24,000 nucleotides of DNA from Acidimicrobiaceae bacterium (GTDB lineage Bacteria > Actinomycetota > Acidimicrobiia > Acidimicrobiales > JACDCH01), in assembly GCA_041166385.1 (NCBI GenBank), contig JBEEFW010000101.1:27414-51413 (forward strand), in the 5' to 3' direction. How positions within the stretch are numbered: the first letter of the stretch is position 1; every line of letters begins with the position of its first letter. The notes beneath the pieces are model-generated. The model ran no database searches. It saw only the letters and a program-made list of their open reading frames with translations, and was not told where the DNA came from. Of this stretch, positions 15,683-22,679 are shown in pieces. Both the position numbers and the translations under genes were made by a program.

Positions 15683-17335
15683 GTGGCCCTGTCGCTGAAG
15701 CCCCGTCATCTGTCGCGCTACGGCGACATCGCTCGTCTGCTGGTGAAGCACGGCCGGGCCGAAGGGCTGCGGCACGAGGACGAGGCCACCACCGACGACG
15801 CCGAGAAGCTCGTGCACGACCTCGAGGCGATGGGGCCGACGTTCGTCAAGCTCGGACAGCTGCTGTCGACGCGAGCGGACCTCCTGCCTCCCGTCTACCT
15901 CGAGGCGCTCGCGCGGCTGCAGGACGACGTCGAGCCGTTCTCGTTCGCCGAGATCGAGCAGATCGTCACCGATGAGCTTGGTGTGCGCATCTCGAACGCC
16001 TTCCAGTCGTTCGACAACGAACCGTTGGCCTCCGCGTCGCTCGGCCAGGTTCACCGGGCGGTGATGCGCAACGGGCGATCGGTGGTCGTGAAGGTGCAGC
16101 GGCCGGGCGTGCGCGACTCGGTCGCCCACGACATGGATGTCATCGAGGAGCTCGCGGGCTTCCTCGACGAGCACACGAAGACCGGGCGCAAGTTCGGCTT
16201 TGCCGGAATGGTCGAGGAGTTCCGCGCCGCGATCACGGCCGAACTCGACTACCTGCAGGAGTCGGACAACCTCCGCACGATGGGGGAGGTGCTGTCGCAG
16301 TACGACCAGATCGTCGTGCCGCAGCCGGTGGACGACTACACGACGTCGCTCGTGCTCACGATGGACTACGTCGAAGGGCGCAACGTGGCGGCATTGGGTC
16401 CGCTCGCGCAGCTCGACTTCGACGGCAGCGCGCTTGCGGAGCAGCTGTTCCGCGCCTACCTCGACCAGATCCTCGTCCACGGGTTCGTGCACGCCGACCC
16501 GCACCCGGGCAACGTGCTCCTGACGGCCGACCATCGCCTCGCGCTCGTCGATCTCGGGATGGTCACGCGCGTCGGTCCGAAGATGCAGGACGAGCTGATC
16601 CGCCTGCTCGTCGCGATCAGCGAGAACAAGGGGAGCGACGTGGCCGCGGTGATGGCCGGGATCGCCGAGCACACCGACGACTATGACGAGGAGACGTTCG
16701 AGCGCCGCATCGTCGACCTCGTGCAGCGCAACCAGTCGGTGGCGATGGGCGACTTCCGAGCGGGCGTGGTCGTTGGTGACCTGGCTCGCATCGCCAGCGA
16801 GTGCGGCCTGCGGCCGCCGTCAGAACTGACGATGCTGGCCAAGGCGCTGCTCAACCTCGATCAGGTGGCGTCGAAGCTCGCGCCGGATTTCGATCCCAAC
16901 GCGGCGATCCGTGATCACGTTGCCGATGTGATGCGTCACAAGATGCTGCGGGCGGCGTCGCCGGGAAACCTGCTGTCGGCGGCCATGGATGCGAAGGAGT
17001 TCGCCGAGCTCCTACCCAGTCGCGTGAACAAGGTGATGGACGCGCTGGCTCGCGGCGAGCTGACGCTCAACGTGCAGGGCATCGACGAGAAGGAGTTGAT
17101 GCGCGGCATCCAGAAGCTGGCCAACCGAGTCACCGCGGGACTGATCACGGCGGCGCTCATCATCGGCGGGGCGATGGTGATGCGCGTCGACACCGAGGTG
17201 AAGGTGTTCAGCTACTCCGCGCTCGCGGTCGTGATGCTCGCAGTAGCGGCGGTGGCGGGCGGCTGGCTGATGATCACCAGCCTCCGCAACGACGTGCCCC
17301 ACGACCCGGACGCCAGAACCCGACGTCGCAGGTAG
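15683..17335 (+). CDS. ABC1/UbiB/ADCK-family atypical kinase with a C-terminal membrane anchor
   Basis: FVKLGQLLSTRADLLP, FDNEPLASASLGQVHRA, HADPHPGNVLL and DLGMV motifs, plus two C-terminal hydrophobic helices. GTG 15683 follows AAGGAGG. The track start TTG 15656 lies inside the palindrome. Confidence 0.9.
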   Translation: MALSLKPRHLSRYGDIARLLVKHGRAEGLRHEDEATTDDAEKLVHDLEAMGPTFVKLGQLLSTRADLLPPVYLEALARLQDDVEPFSFAEIEQIVTDELGVRISNAFQSFDNEPLASASLGQVHRAVMRNGRSVVVKVQRPGVRDSVAHDMDVIEELAGFLDEHTKTGRKFGFAGMVEEFRAAITAELDYLQESDNLRTMGEVLSQYDQIVVPQPVDDYTTSLVLTMDYVEGRNVAALGPLAQLDFDGSALAEQLFRAYLDQILVHGFVHADPHPGNVLLTADHRLALVDLGMVTRVGPKMQDELIRLLVAISENKGSDVAAVMAGIAEHTDDYDEETFERRIVDLVQRNQSVAMGDFRAGVVVGDLARIASECGLRPPSELTMLAKALLNLDQVASKLAPDFDPNAAIRDHVADVMRHKMLRAASPGNLLSAAMDAKEFAELLPSRVNKVMDALARGELTLNVQGIDEKELMRGIQKLANRVTAGLITAALIIGGAMVMRVDTEVKVFSYSALAVVMLAVAAVAGGWLMITSLRNDVPHDPDARTRRRR

Positions 17336-17345
17336 CCTGCGCGGC

Positions 17346-17633
17346 ATGCCCAAGTTCGTCATGCTCTCGACCCTCGGACCCGACGGCTCGGCGAGGCTCA
17401 GCGAGAACCCGGAGCGGTTGCGTGAGGTCAGCACCGAGGTCGAGGCAATGGGCGTGAAAGTTCTCGCGCAGTACGCGCTGCTTGGGAACTGGGACTTCCT
17501 CAACATCCTCGAGGCTCCCGACGAGAAGACGATGATGAAGGTCGCTACGACGCTCGCAGCTCGCGGCACGCTGAAGACGCTGACGATGGCCGCCGTCGAC
17601 GTCGAAGAGTTCATCTCAACGCTGAAGGGCTGA
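17346..17633 (+). CDS. GYD domain-containing protein
   Basis: 95 aa. MPKFVMLSTLGPDG...LGNWDFLNILEAPDEKTMMKV matches the GYD family pattern, with W in place of Y in the eponymous motif. Confidence 0.85.
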   Translation: MPKFVMLSTLGPDGSARLSENPERLREVSTEVEAMGVKVLAQYALLGNWDFLNILEAPDEKTMMKVATTLAARGTLKTLTMAAVDVEEFISTLKG

Positions 17634-17701
17634 CCGATCGCGGGCTCCTCCGAGGAGCAACCTGGTGTCGCTCACCGACGCACCGGACGACCGGTGACAC
17701 G

Positions 17702-17798
17702 CTCTTGGCGCGGTTGGCGACCGAACGTGTCGTGGACTGCGCCAATTGTTGGACCGGTTCAACTCTTGGCGCGAACGGCGACCTCACGTGTCGTCAAC
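17702..17798. repeat. two 36-nt imperfect direct repeats (17702-17737 and 17763-17798) in a non-coding gap
   Basis: CTCTTGGCGCGgttGGCGACCgaACGTGTCGTggAC versus CTCTTGGCGCGaacGGCGACCtcACGTGTCGTcaAC. 29/36 positions are identical and the copies are offset by 61 nt. Confidence 0.8.
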
Positions 17799-17849
17799 GG
17801 TCCAAAGTGGTGCATGGAAGTGCCGGGCACCGGGAGGCCCAGGCGCTGA

Positions 17850-18059
17850 CTACATCCACCAGAAGTCGTTGGCGCGCTTTCGCGCGCGGCGGACGTCGTC
17901 CTCACGGAACTCGACAGGTAGCACCTCGCCGTCGGAGGCGCGGCGCACACGCACCCCGTTGTCGGTGACGTCGACGACCTCGAAGCCGCGGGCCCATTGC
18001 GCGTTGAAACGACTGCGCACCTCGACCTTGTCGCCCGGGCTCAGTTGCTCGTCGGCCAC
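17850..18059 (-). CDS. hypothetical small protein (69 aa), probably an SH3/Tudor-like beta domain
   Basis: GTG start and high GC3. The sequence GDKVEVRSRFNAQWARGFEVVDVTDNGVRVRR resembles small conserved actinobacterial proteins of unknown function. It lies 12 nt downstream of the ABM gene. Confidence 0.55.
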   Translation of the reverse strand: MADEQLSPGDKVEVRSRFNAQWARGFEVVDVTDNGVRVRRASDGEVLPVEFREDDVRRARKRANDFWWM

Positions 18060-18071
18060 CCGTCTCCCGTG

Positions 18072-18365
18072 TCAGTAGCTGAAGCTGTGCTCGAAGCGCA
18101 GCTCGCACACCTGGATGTGGTACTCGGCATACCACTCGTCGCGCCCCCGCCGCTGGGCAACCCGGTGCTCGGGATGGTCGCGCCAGGCCGCGTGGCTCTC
18201 CGGTGAGTCGAAGTGCACGATCGAGACCCGCTCGCCGTCGTCGGCGACGAAGGACTTGAAATCGACGAAGCCAGGCATGGAGCGGGCGGCGGCCTCCATT
18301 TCATCCGCCGTCTCGTCGTAGCCGTCGTGCACGTCTCGGAGTCGTGACCGGAAAACGGTGACCAT
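18072..18365 (-). CDS. antibiotic-biosynthesis-monooxygenase (ABM) domain protein
   Basis: MVTVFRSRL...MPGFVDFKSFVADDGERVSIVHFDSPESHAAW fits the ferredoxin-like ABM fold pattern. The start is uncertain: ATG at 18365, 18374, 18380, 18395 or 18416. Confidence 0.65.
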   Translation of the reverse strand: MVTVFRSRLRDVHDGYDETADEMEAAARSMPGFVDFKSFVADDGERVSIVHFDSPESHAAWRDHPEHRVAQRRGRDEWYAEYHIQVCELRFEHSFSY

Positions 18366-18395
18366 TGCTGCCATCGACATAGCCTGCCCAGCCAT

Positions 18396-18432
18396 GAGCG
18401 AGCGGAGCGAGCGCATACCGGGCGAGCGAGCG
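18396..18432. repeat. three copies of GAGCGAGCG in the divergent ABM/selD intergenic region
   Basis: Copies at 18396-18404, 18405-18413 (tandem) and 18424-18432, with a partial GCGAGC at 18437-18442. Confidence 0.6.
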
Positions 18433-18479
18433 CCAGCGAGCCGAACGGGGATGGGGCACGGGGGCGCAGCCCCCGAGAC

Positions 18480-19487
18480 ATGAGGGCGAACGCAGTGACG
18501 GATATTCGGCTGACGGAGTGGACATCGTGCGGCGGGTGCGCCGCGAAGTGGGGCGGGTCGCCGTTGAGCGGCCTGATCCGCGAGCTCTCGTCGACCGCCG
18601 ACGCTTCATTGCTCATCGGGCTTGCACCGTTCGACGATGCTGCGGTGTACCGCATCTCGGACGACCTGGCGATGGTGTCGACCACCGATTTCTTCCCGCC
18701 CCTGGTCGACGATCCGGCCGACTTCGGCGCCATCGCCGCCGCCAACGCCTGCAGCGATGTGTTCGCGATGGGCGGCCGAGTCGTGCTGGCGCTCAACATC
18801 TCCGCCTTCCCGGAGCGCATGCCGATCGAGGCGATCGCCGCGATCTTGCAGGCGGCGGCCGACGTGGTGACCGAGGCGGGTGGCGTCGTGGCGGGCGGTC
18901 ACACCATTCGCAGCGAGGAACCGATCTTCGGGCTGGCGGTGCAAGGCCTCGTGCATCCCGATCGCATCCTCACCAAAGGTGGCGCGCACGTCGGTGACGT
19001 GTTGGTGCTGTCGAAGCCGATCGGTACCGGCATCGTGCTGGCCGGCGGCGGTGAGGCCGACAAGGCATCGGCCATCGCACGTATGAAGGTGCTCAACCGC
19101 GAGGCATCACTCGCGCTGCAGGCGCTCGGTGATCGCGTGCACGCGGTCACCGACGTGACGGGGTTCGGGGTGGCCGGTCACGGCTGGGAGATGGCCGAGC
19201 GTTCGGGTGCGGTTTTGGCGTTCGACACGAGCGCGCTGCCGCTCTACGCCGGCGCGCTCGAAGCGGCCGGGGCCGGCGTGCGCACCGGCGGCGACCCTCG
19301 CAACCGCACGTACCTCGAGGGACACGTGACGTCGACCGCACCGGCCGCGTTCGAGGCGCTGGCCTACGACCCCCAGACGTCCGGGGGATTGCTCGCCGCC
19401 GTCGATCCGGCTGTCACCGGCGACCTCGAGGGATTCACTATGGTCGGCACGGTGGAGGTTGGTGGTCCCGGCGTGCGCCTGACATGA
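18480..19487 (+). CDS. selD: selenide, water dikinase (selenophosphate synthetase), Cys-type
   Basis: N-terminal LTEWTSCGGCAAKWG (active-site Cys/Lys loop), then DDAAVY, VSTTDFFPP and AANACSDVFAMGG (AIR-synthase-related fold). 335 aa. Confidence 0.88.
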   Translation: MRANAVTDIRLTEWTSCGGCAAKWGGSPLSGLIRELSSTADASLLIGLAPFDDAAVYRISDDLAMVSTTDFFPPLVDDPADFGAIAAANACSDVFAMGGRVVLALNISAFPERMPIEAIAAILQAAADVVTEAGGVVAGGHTIRSEEPIFGLAVQGLVHPDRILTKGGAHVGDVLVLSKPIGTGIVLAGGGEADKASAIARMKVLNREASLALQALGDRVHAVTDVTGFGVAGHGWEMAERSGAVLAFDTSALPLYAGALEAAGAGVRTGGDPRNRTYLEGHVTSTAPAAFEALAYDPQTSGGLLAAVDPAVTGDLEGFTMVGTVEVGGPGVRLT

Positions 19488-19491
19488 CGAA

Positions 19492-20193
19492 GTGACTGCG
19501 ACCGTCCCCCAACTGCGCAAAGCCAACAAGCGGAAGTCGCCATCGCTGCTCGTCGAGCGCGAGCTGTGGTCATCCGGCCACGAGGTTGTCGTCGGGATGG
19601 ACGAGGTCGGTCGCGGCTCGTGGGCCGGTCCACTCAGCGTGGGCGCGGCGGTGCTGCCGAAGGACAAGCGCGTCTACAAGATCCGCGACTCGAAGATGCT
19701 CACGGAAGCCGAGCGCGAGTCGATGTTCGACCGCATCGCGTCGTGGTGCGTCACGTGGGCAGTCGGCCACGCCTCGCAGGAGGAGTGCGACACGCTCGGC
19801 ATGTCGGCCGCACAGCGGCTGGCCGCCAACCGCGCGCTCGAGTCACTCGGTGTGCACGCCGACAAGGTCGTGCTCGACGGCAACTGGGACTTCGTCGGCC
19901 GCGGCACCACCATCAAGCTCGTGAAGGGCGACGCCCGCTGCCTGTCGATCGCGGCCGCGTCGATCCTGGCCAAGGTCACCCGCGACCGCATCATGCGCGC
20001 CGAGGCCGAGAACTATCCGGGCTACGACTTCGAGTTGAACAAGGGCTACCCGTGCCCGCGGCACAAGACGGCGCTCCGCGGCTACGGCCCGAGCGCGATC
20101 CACCGCCGCAGTTGGGTCTTCATGGACAACCTGCCGTGGACCGGCATCCACCGCACCTTCCCCGCGGGCCTGCAAGAAGTCCTCTTCGACTAG
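19492..20193 (+). CDS. rnhB: ribonuclease HII
   Basis: GMDEVGRGSWAGPLSVGAAVL, IRDSKMLTEAERE, ASILAKVTRD and KGYP motifs. GTG start lies 4 nt after the selD stop. Confidence 0.92.
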   Translation: MTATVPQLRKANKRKSPSLLVERELWSSGHEVVVGMDEVGRGSWAGPLSVGAAVLPKDKRVYKIRDSKMLTEAERESMFDRIASWCVTWAVGHASQEECDTLGMSAAQRLAANRALESLGVHADKVVLDGNWDFVGRGTTIKLVKGDARCLSIAAASILAKVTRDRIMRAEAENYPGYDFELNKGYPCPRHKTALRGYGPSAIHRRSWVFMDNLPWTGIHRTFPAGLQEVLFD

Positions 20194-20194
20194 C

Positions 20195-20242
20195 AAATCC
20201 CCCTCAGACGTACACAGAACTGTGTACGTCTGAGGGGGATTT
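20195..20242. terminator. perfect 48-nt palindrome (22-bp arms, 4-nt loop): bidirectional terminator between convergent genes
   Basis: AAATCCCCCTCAGACGTACACA-gaac-TGTGTACGTCTGAGGGGGATTT. It starts 1 nt after the rnhB stop and ends 4 nt before the stop of the convergent acyl-CoA dehydrogenase gene. Confidence 0.75.
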
Positions 20243-20246
20243 CGGG

Positions 20247-21521
20247 TCAGTCGGTGGTCTGGGTGCCGACCTTCAGGTCCTTGAAGGGGGACTTCGAGTC
20301 GATGCCGGGGTCCTTGGGCATGCCGAGCACACGCTCGGCGACGATGTTGCGCAACACCTCGTCCGATCCACCGGCGACGCGCATGCCCGGCACGCCGAGC
20401 AGGAAGCCGTTCCACGCGTACGTGCCCCACTCGCCCGTGTCCGCAGTGACCCGCGGGCCCAGCACCTGTGCAACGAACTGGGCCGTGTTCCACATGTTCT
20501 GCGTGAGCGCCAGCTTGGCGATCGACATCTCCGGACCGGGGAGCTGACCGGACTTGATGCGGTCCATCGCCCGTTGGTTCGTGTACTTGGCCACCTGGTA
20601 GCCGACGTAGATCTTCATCAGTTCCTGCCGGTACACGGGATCCTGGTCGAGGCCGAAATGCCGCAGCATCTCGATCAAGCGCGTGCCGCTCGCCAGCCCC
20701 GAGCCGCCGCCGACGCCGCCGGCGCCGATCGAGGCCCGCTCGTTCATCAGCGTGGTCAACGCGACGGACCAACCCTGGTTCACGTCACCCAGACGATGAT
20801 CGTCGGGGACGCGCACCTCGTTGAAGAACACCTCGTTGAACGACGCACCCCCCGTCATCTGCCGCAGCGCGCGGATCTCCACGCCGGGAGCGTGCATGTC
20901 GACGACGAAGCCGGTGAGTCCCTTGTGCTTCGGCAAGTCCGGATCGGTGCGACAGATGATCTCGCCGATGTCGCTGTACTGCGCGCCCGACGTCCACACC
21001 TTCTGACCGGTGACCAACCATTCGTCGCCGTCGCGCACGGCCCGCGTCTGCAACGAGGCAAGATCGGATCCAGCGCCAGGCTCACTGAACAGCTGGCAGC
21101 CGACGATGTCGCCGCGGTACATCTTCGCCAGGTAGCGGTCGCGGATCTCGGGCTGCGCGTGGGCGAGGATCGTCGGCGCGACCATGCCGAGGCCGATGCC
21201 GAAGAAGCTCTGGTCGGGGATGTCGTACCGCCCCTCGATCGACGCGTACACGCGGTCGTGCGCGGCCGTGAGCTCGCGTCCGCCGTACTCCGTCGGCCCG
21301 GTGATCCAGCCGAGCCCCGCGTCGTAGCGCTTGGCGCGCCACTCCTGCGCGTCCTTGAGCACGAGCTTCTCGGTCTCGCGATCGGTCTCCTCGAACAGGC
21401 CCATCTCGTCGTCGCCCTCGCCCCACACGAACGGCTGGTCAGCCGCCATCTTCGGTTTGGCGTTGGCGTCGAAGAAGGCCGTGACCTCTTCGGAGAACTC
21501 GTCGAGCGACACGTCAGGCAT
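20247..21521 (-). CDS. acyl-CoA dehydrogenase (FadE-like)
   Basis: CQLFSEPGAGSDLASL, GQKVWTSGAQYSD and GGSDEVLRNIVAERVLGMP motifs. ATG 21521 is preceded by AGGGGGA on its own strand. The track start 21821 is an upstream extension. Confidence 0.9.
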   Translation of the reverse strand: MPDVSLDEFSEEVTAFFDANAKPKMAADQPFVWGEGDDEMGLFEETDRETEKLVLKDAQEWRAKRYDAGLGWITGPTEYGGRELTAAHDRVYASIEGRYDIPDQSFFGIGLGMVAPTILAHAQPEIRDRYLAKMYRGDIVGCQLFSEPGAGSDLASLQTRAVRDGDEWLVTGQKVWTSGAQYSDIGEIICRTDPDLPKHKGLTGFVVDMHAPGVEIRALRQMTGGASFNEVFFNEVRVPDDHRLGDVNQGWSVALTTLMNERASIGAGGVGGGSGLASGTRLIEMLRHFGLDQDPVYRQELMKIYVGYQVAKYTNQRAMDRIKSGQLPGPEMSIAKLALTQNMWNTAQFVAQVLGPRVTADTGEWGTYAWNGFLLGVPGMRVAGGSDEVLRNIVAERVLGMPKDPGIDSKSPFKDLKVGTQTTD

Positions 21522-21533
21522 GGATCCCCCTGG

Positions 21534-21553
21534 ACTTGACCGTGCGGTCAAGT
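21534..21553. promoter_or_regulatory. candidate operator palindrome in the divergent promoter region
   Basis: ACTTGACC-gtgc-GGTCAAGT has perfect 8-bp arms. It lies 12 nt upstream of the acyl-CoA dehydrogenase ATG and 25 nt upstream of ATG 21579. Confidence 0.4.
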
Positions 21554-21578
21554 TAGTGGGGCGGGTAGCTTCGGCGCC

Positions 21579-21917
21579 ATGCGGCGCCCGAGCTGGATCG
21601 TGATCGCGTTCTTGGCGTGGACGGCGTTCGTGTGGGCCGGACGCATCCGCAACGGTGGGTCCGTGCTCCTCGCCGTGTCGTTCCTGGCACTCGCGGCTGT
21701 CGCCCTCTGGCAGCGCGGTCGATGGATCACCGCGCTCGTGGTGTGGACGATCGCGGTGTGGGCGATACGAACGCCGCAGATCCTCGTTGCCGACCACCCG
21801 GTCGCGTTCAAGATCGTGCACACGGTGCTCGCGCTGGTGTCGATCGCGCTCGCCGCGCTAGTCCAGCGAGACGTCCAGCGCGAGCGTGAGGCAGCGGCAA
21901 CCCCCGCCCGCCTTTAG
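21579..21917 (+). CDS. hypothetical Trp-rich small membrane protein (about 4 TM segments)
   Basis: WIVIAFLAWTAFVWAG, VLLAVSFLALAAVALW, ITALVVWTIAVWAI and IVHTVLALVSIALAALV. GC3 is high over the TM part. The last 60 nt overlap the convergent gene. Confidence 0.6.
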   Translation: MRRPSWIVIAFLAWTAFVWAGRIRNGGSVLLAVSFLALAAVALWQRGRWITALVVWTIAVWAIRTPQILVADHPVAFKIVHTVLALVSIALAALVQRDVQREREAAATPARL

Positions 21918-22679
21918 GAATTCGTTCACCGGCGACTCCACGACGGAGAAGCCCCACGCCTCGAGCTGCCGGCCGACACGCGCCGGCGTCACCGGCATCA
22001 CGATGTTCGTGCCGACGACGACGGAGTTCGCGCAGAACGACAGTGCCTCCTCGTCCTCGAGCCACAGCGGCTCGGGCACGAGCGCTTCGACGACCTTGCG
22101 GCCGTACTCGTCCCAGCCGGCGGGCGCGCACATCGCCCTCCGGTCGTCGAGCGGACAGAACGTGAGGTCGACGTGGTACAGGCGTTCGTCGACGAGTTCG
22201 ATCGTGCGCACGGGCACGCCGAGCATCTCCGAGATGATCGGACCAGCGGCGACATCCGACCGCGGGCGATAGCCGGAGAGCAGCGTGCCGTCGAAGGGCA
22301 GCGCATCACCCGCGCCTTCGTGCCCGACCTCGACCGGCAGGTTCGCGATGCGCCAGCCGTGTTCCGCGAACCACGCGGAGAAAACGTCGGTCTCCGGCTG
22401 CCGTTCTGGATAGCGGAAGTGGCTCGGCACGAACACGTCACCGTCGACGAGGCCGGCGTTCGCGGTGAACACGAGGTCGGGGACGTGCGGCTGGGGCTCG
22501 ATGAACTCGATCTCCGCTCCGGCGGCGCGCAGGTTCGCGACCAGATCGTTCCACTGTTGCTCGCTTCGGTCGCGGTCGACCTTGACCTCGCGGTGCATCC
22601 ACGGATTGATCTCGTAGAGCACGCCGAAGTGGTGGGGCGGGCACATGAGATAGCGCCGCCCCCACGTCAGTCCGCTCAT
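21858..22679 (-). CDS. amidinotransferase-fold guanidino-group-modifying enzyme (arginine dihydrolase / DDAH-like)
   Basis: YLMCPPHHFGVLYEINPWM N-terminus, HEGAGD, and C-terminal GGGCRCLTL carrying the nucleophile Cys. ATG 22679 overlaps the upstream TGA (ATGA). Confidence 0.8.
   Translation of the reverse strand: MSGLTWGRRYLMCPPHHFGVLYEINPWMHREVKVDRDRSEQQWNDLVANLRAAGAEIEFIEPQPHVPDLVFTANAGLVDGDVFVPSHFRYPERQPETDVFSAWFAEHGWRIANLPVEVGHEGAGDALPFDGTLLSGYRPRSDVAAGPIISEMLGVPVRTIELVDERLYHVDLTFCPLDDRRAMCAPAGWDEYGRKVVEALVPEPLWLEDEEALSFCANSVVVGTNIVMPVTPARVGRQLEAWGFSVVESPVNEFLKAGGGCRCLTLALDVSLD

Noticed and set aside
15653-16672. 339-aa minus-strand ORF opposite the ABC1 kinase gene
   Set aside because: It is an antisense shadow ORF. 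The plus-strand frame carries the canonical ABC1/ADCK kinase motifs.
17631-17849. The frame stays open for 71 codons after the GYD gene's TGA, with a small hairpin 10 nt downstream. I considered a Sec or read-through extension.
   Set aside because: In my count, 24 of the 71 codons end in A/T, much poorer GC3 than the real genes here. The translation is Trp/Arg-rich. The hairpin has essentially no loop. Open frames of this length are common by chance in GC-rich DNA.
17634-17849. tRNA-Sec/tRNA gene or mini-CRISPR in the repeat-containing gap near selD
   Set aside because: I could not build an acceptor or T-arm. GGTTCAACT at 17756-17764 lacks complementary flanks. There are only two imperfect 36-nt repeats with a 25-nt spacer, and no cas genes.
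17705-17968. 87-aa plus-strand ORF with a CxxC-like DCANCW motif in the non-coding gap
   Set aside because: It has a TTG start without a ribosome-binding site and weak third-position GC. Its second half is antisense to the 69-aa gene and Arg-rich.
18060-18074. The ABM ORF and the 69-aa ORF are in the same frame, separated only by TGA (18074-18072) and 4 codons, about 400 bp from selD. I considered a Sec or read-through fusion.
   Set aside because: Same-frame placement has a 1-in-3 chance. I could not fold a convincing SECIS-like hairpin in the 60 nt after the TGA. The local context (FSY-U-HGRR) is not a redox motif. The ABM domain is complete at its normal length. A SECIS scan is worthwhile only if the genome has selA/selB/selC.
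19566-21539. 657-aa plus-strand ORF, the longest unexplained ORF in the track
   Set aside because: It reads out of frame through rnhB, straight through the 48-nt palindrome, and then antisense through the whole acyl-CoA dehydrogenase gene. The translation is Arg/Pro/His-rich with no motifs.
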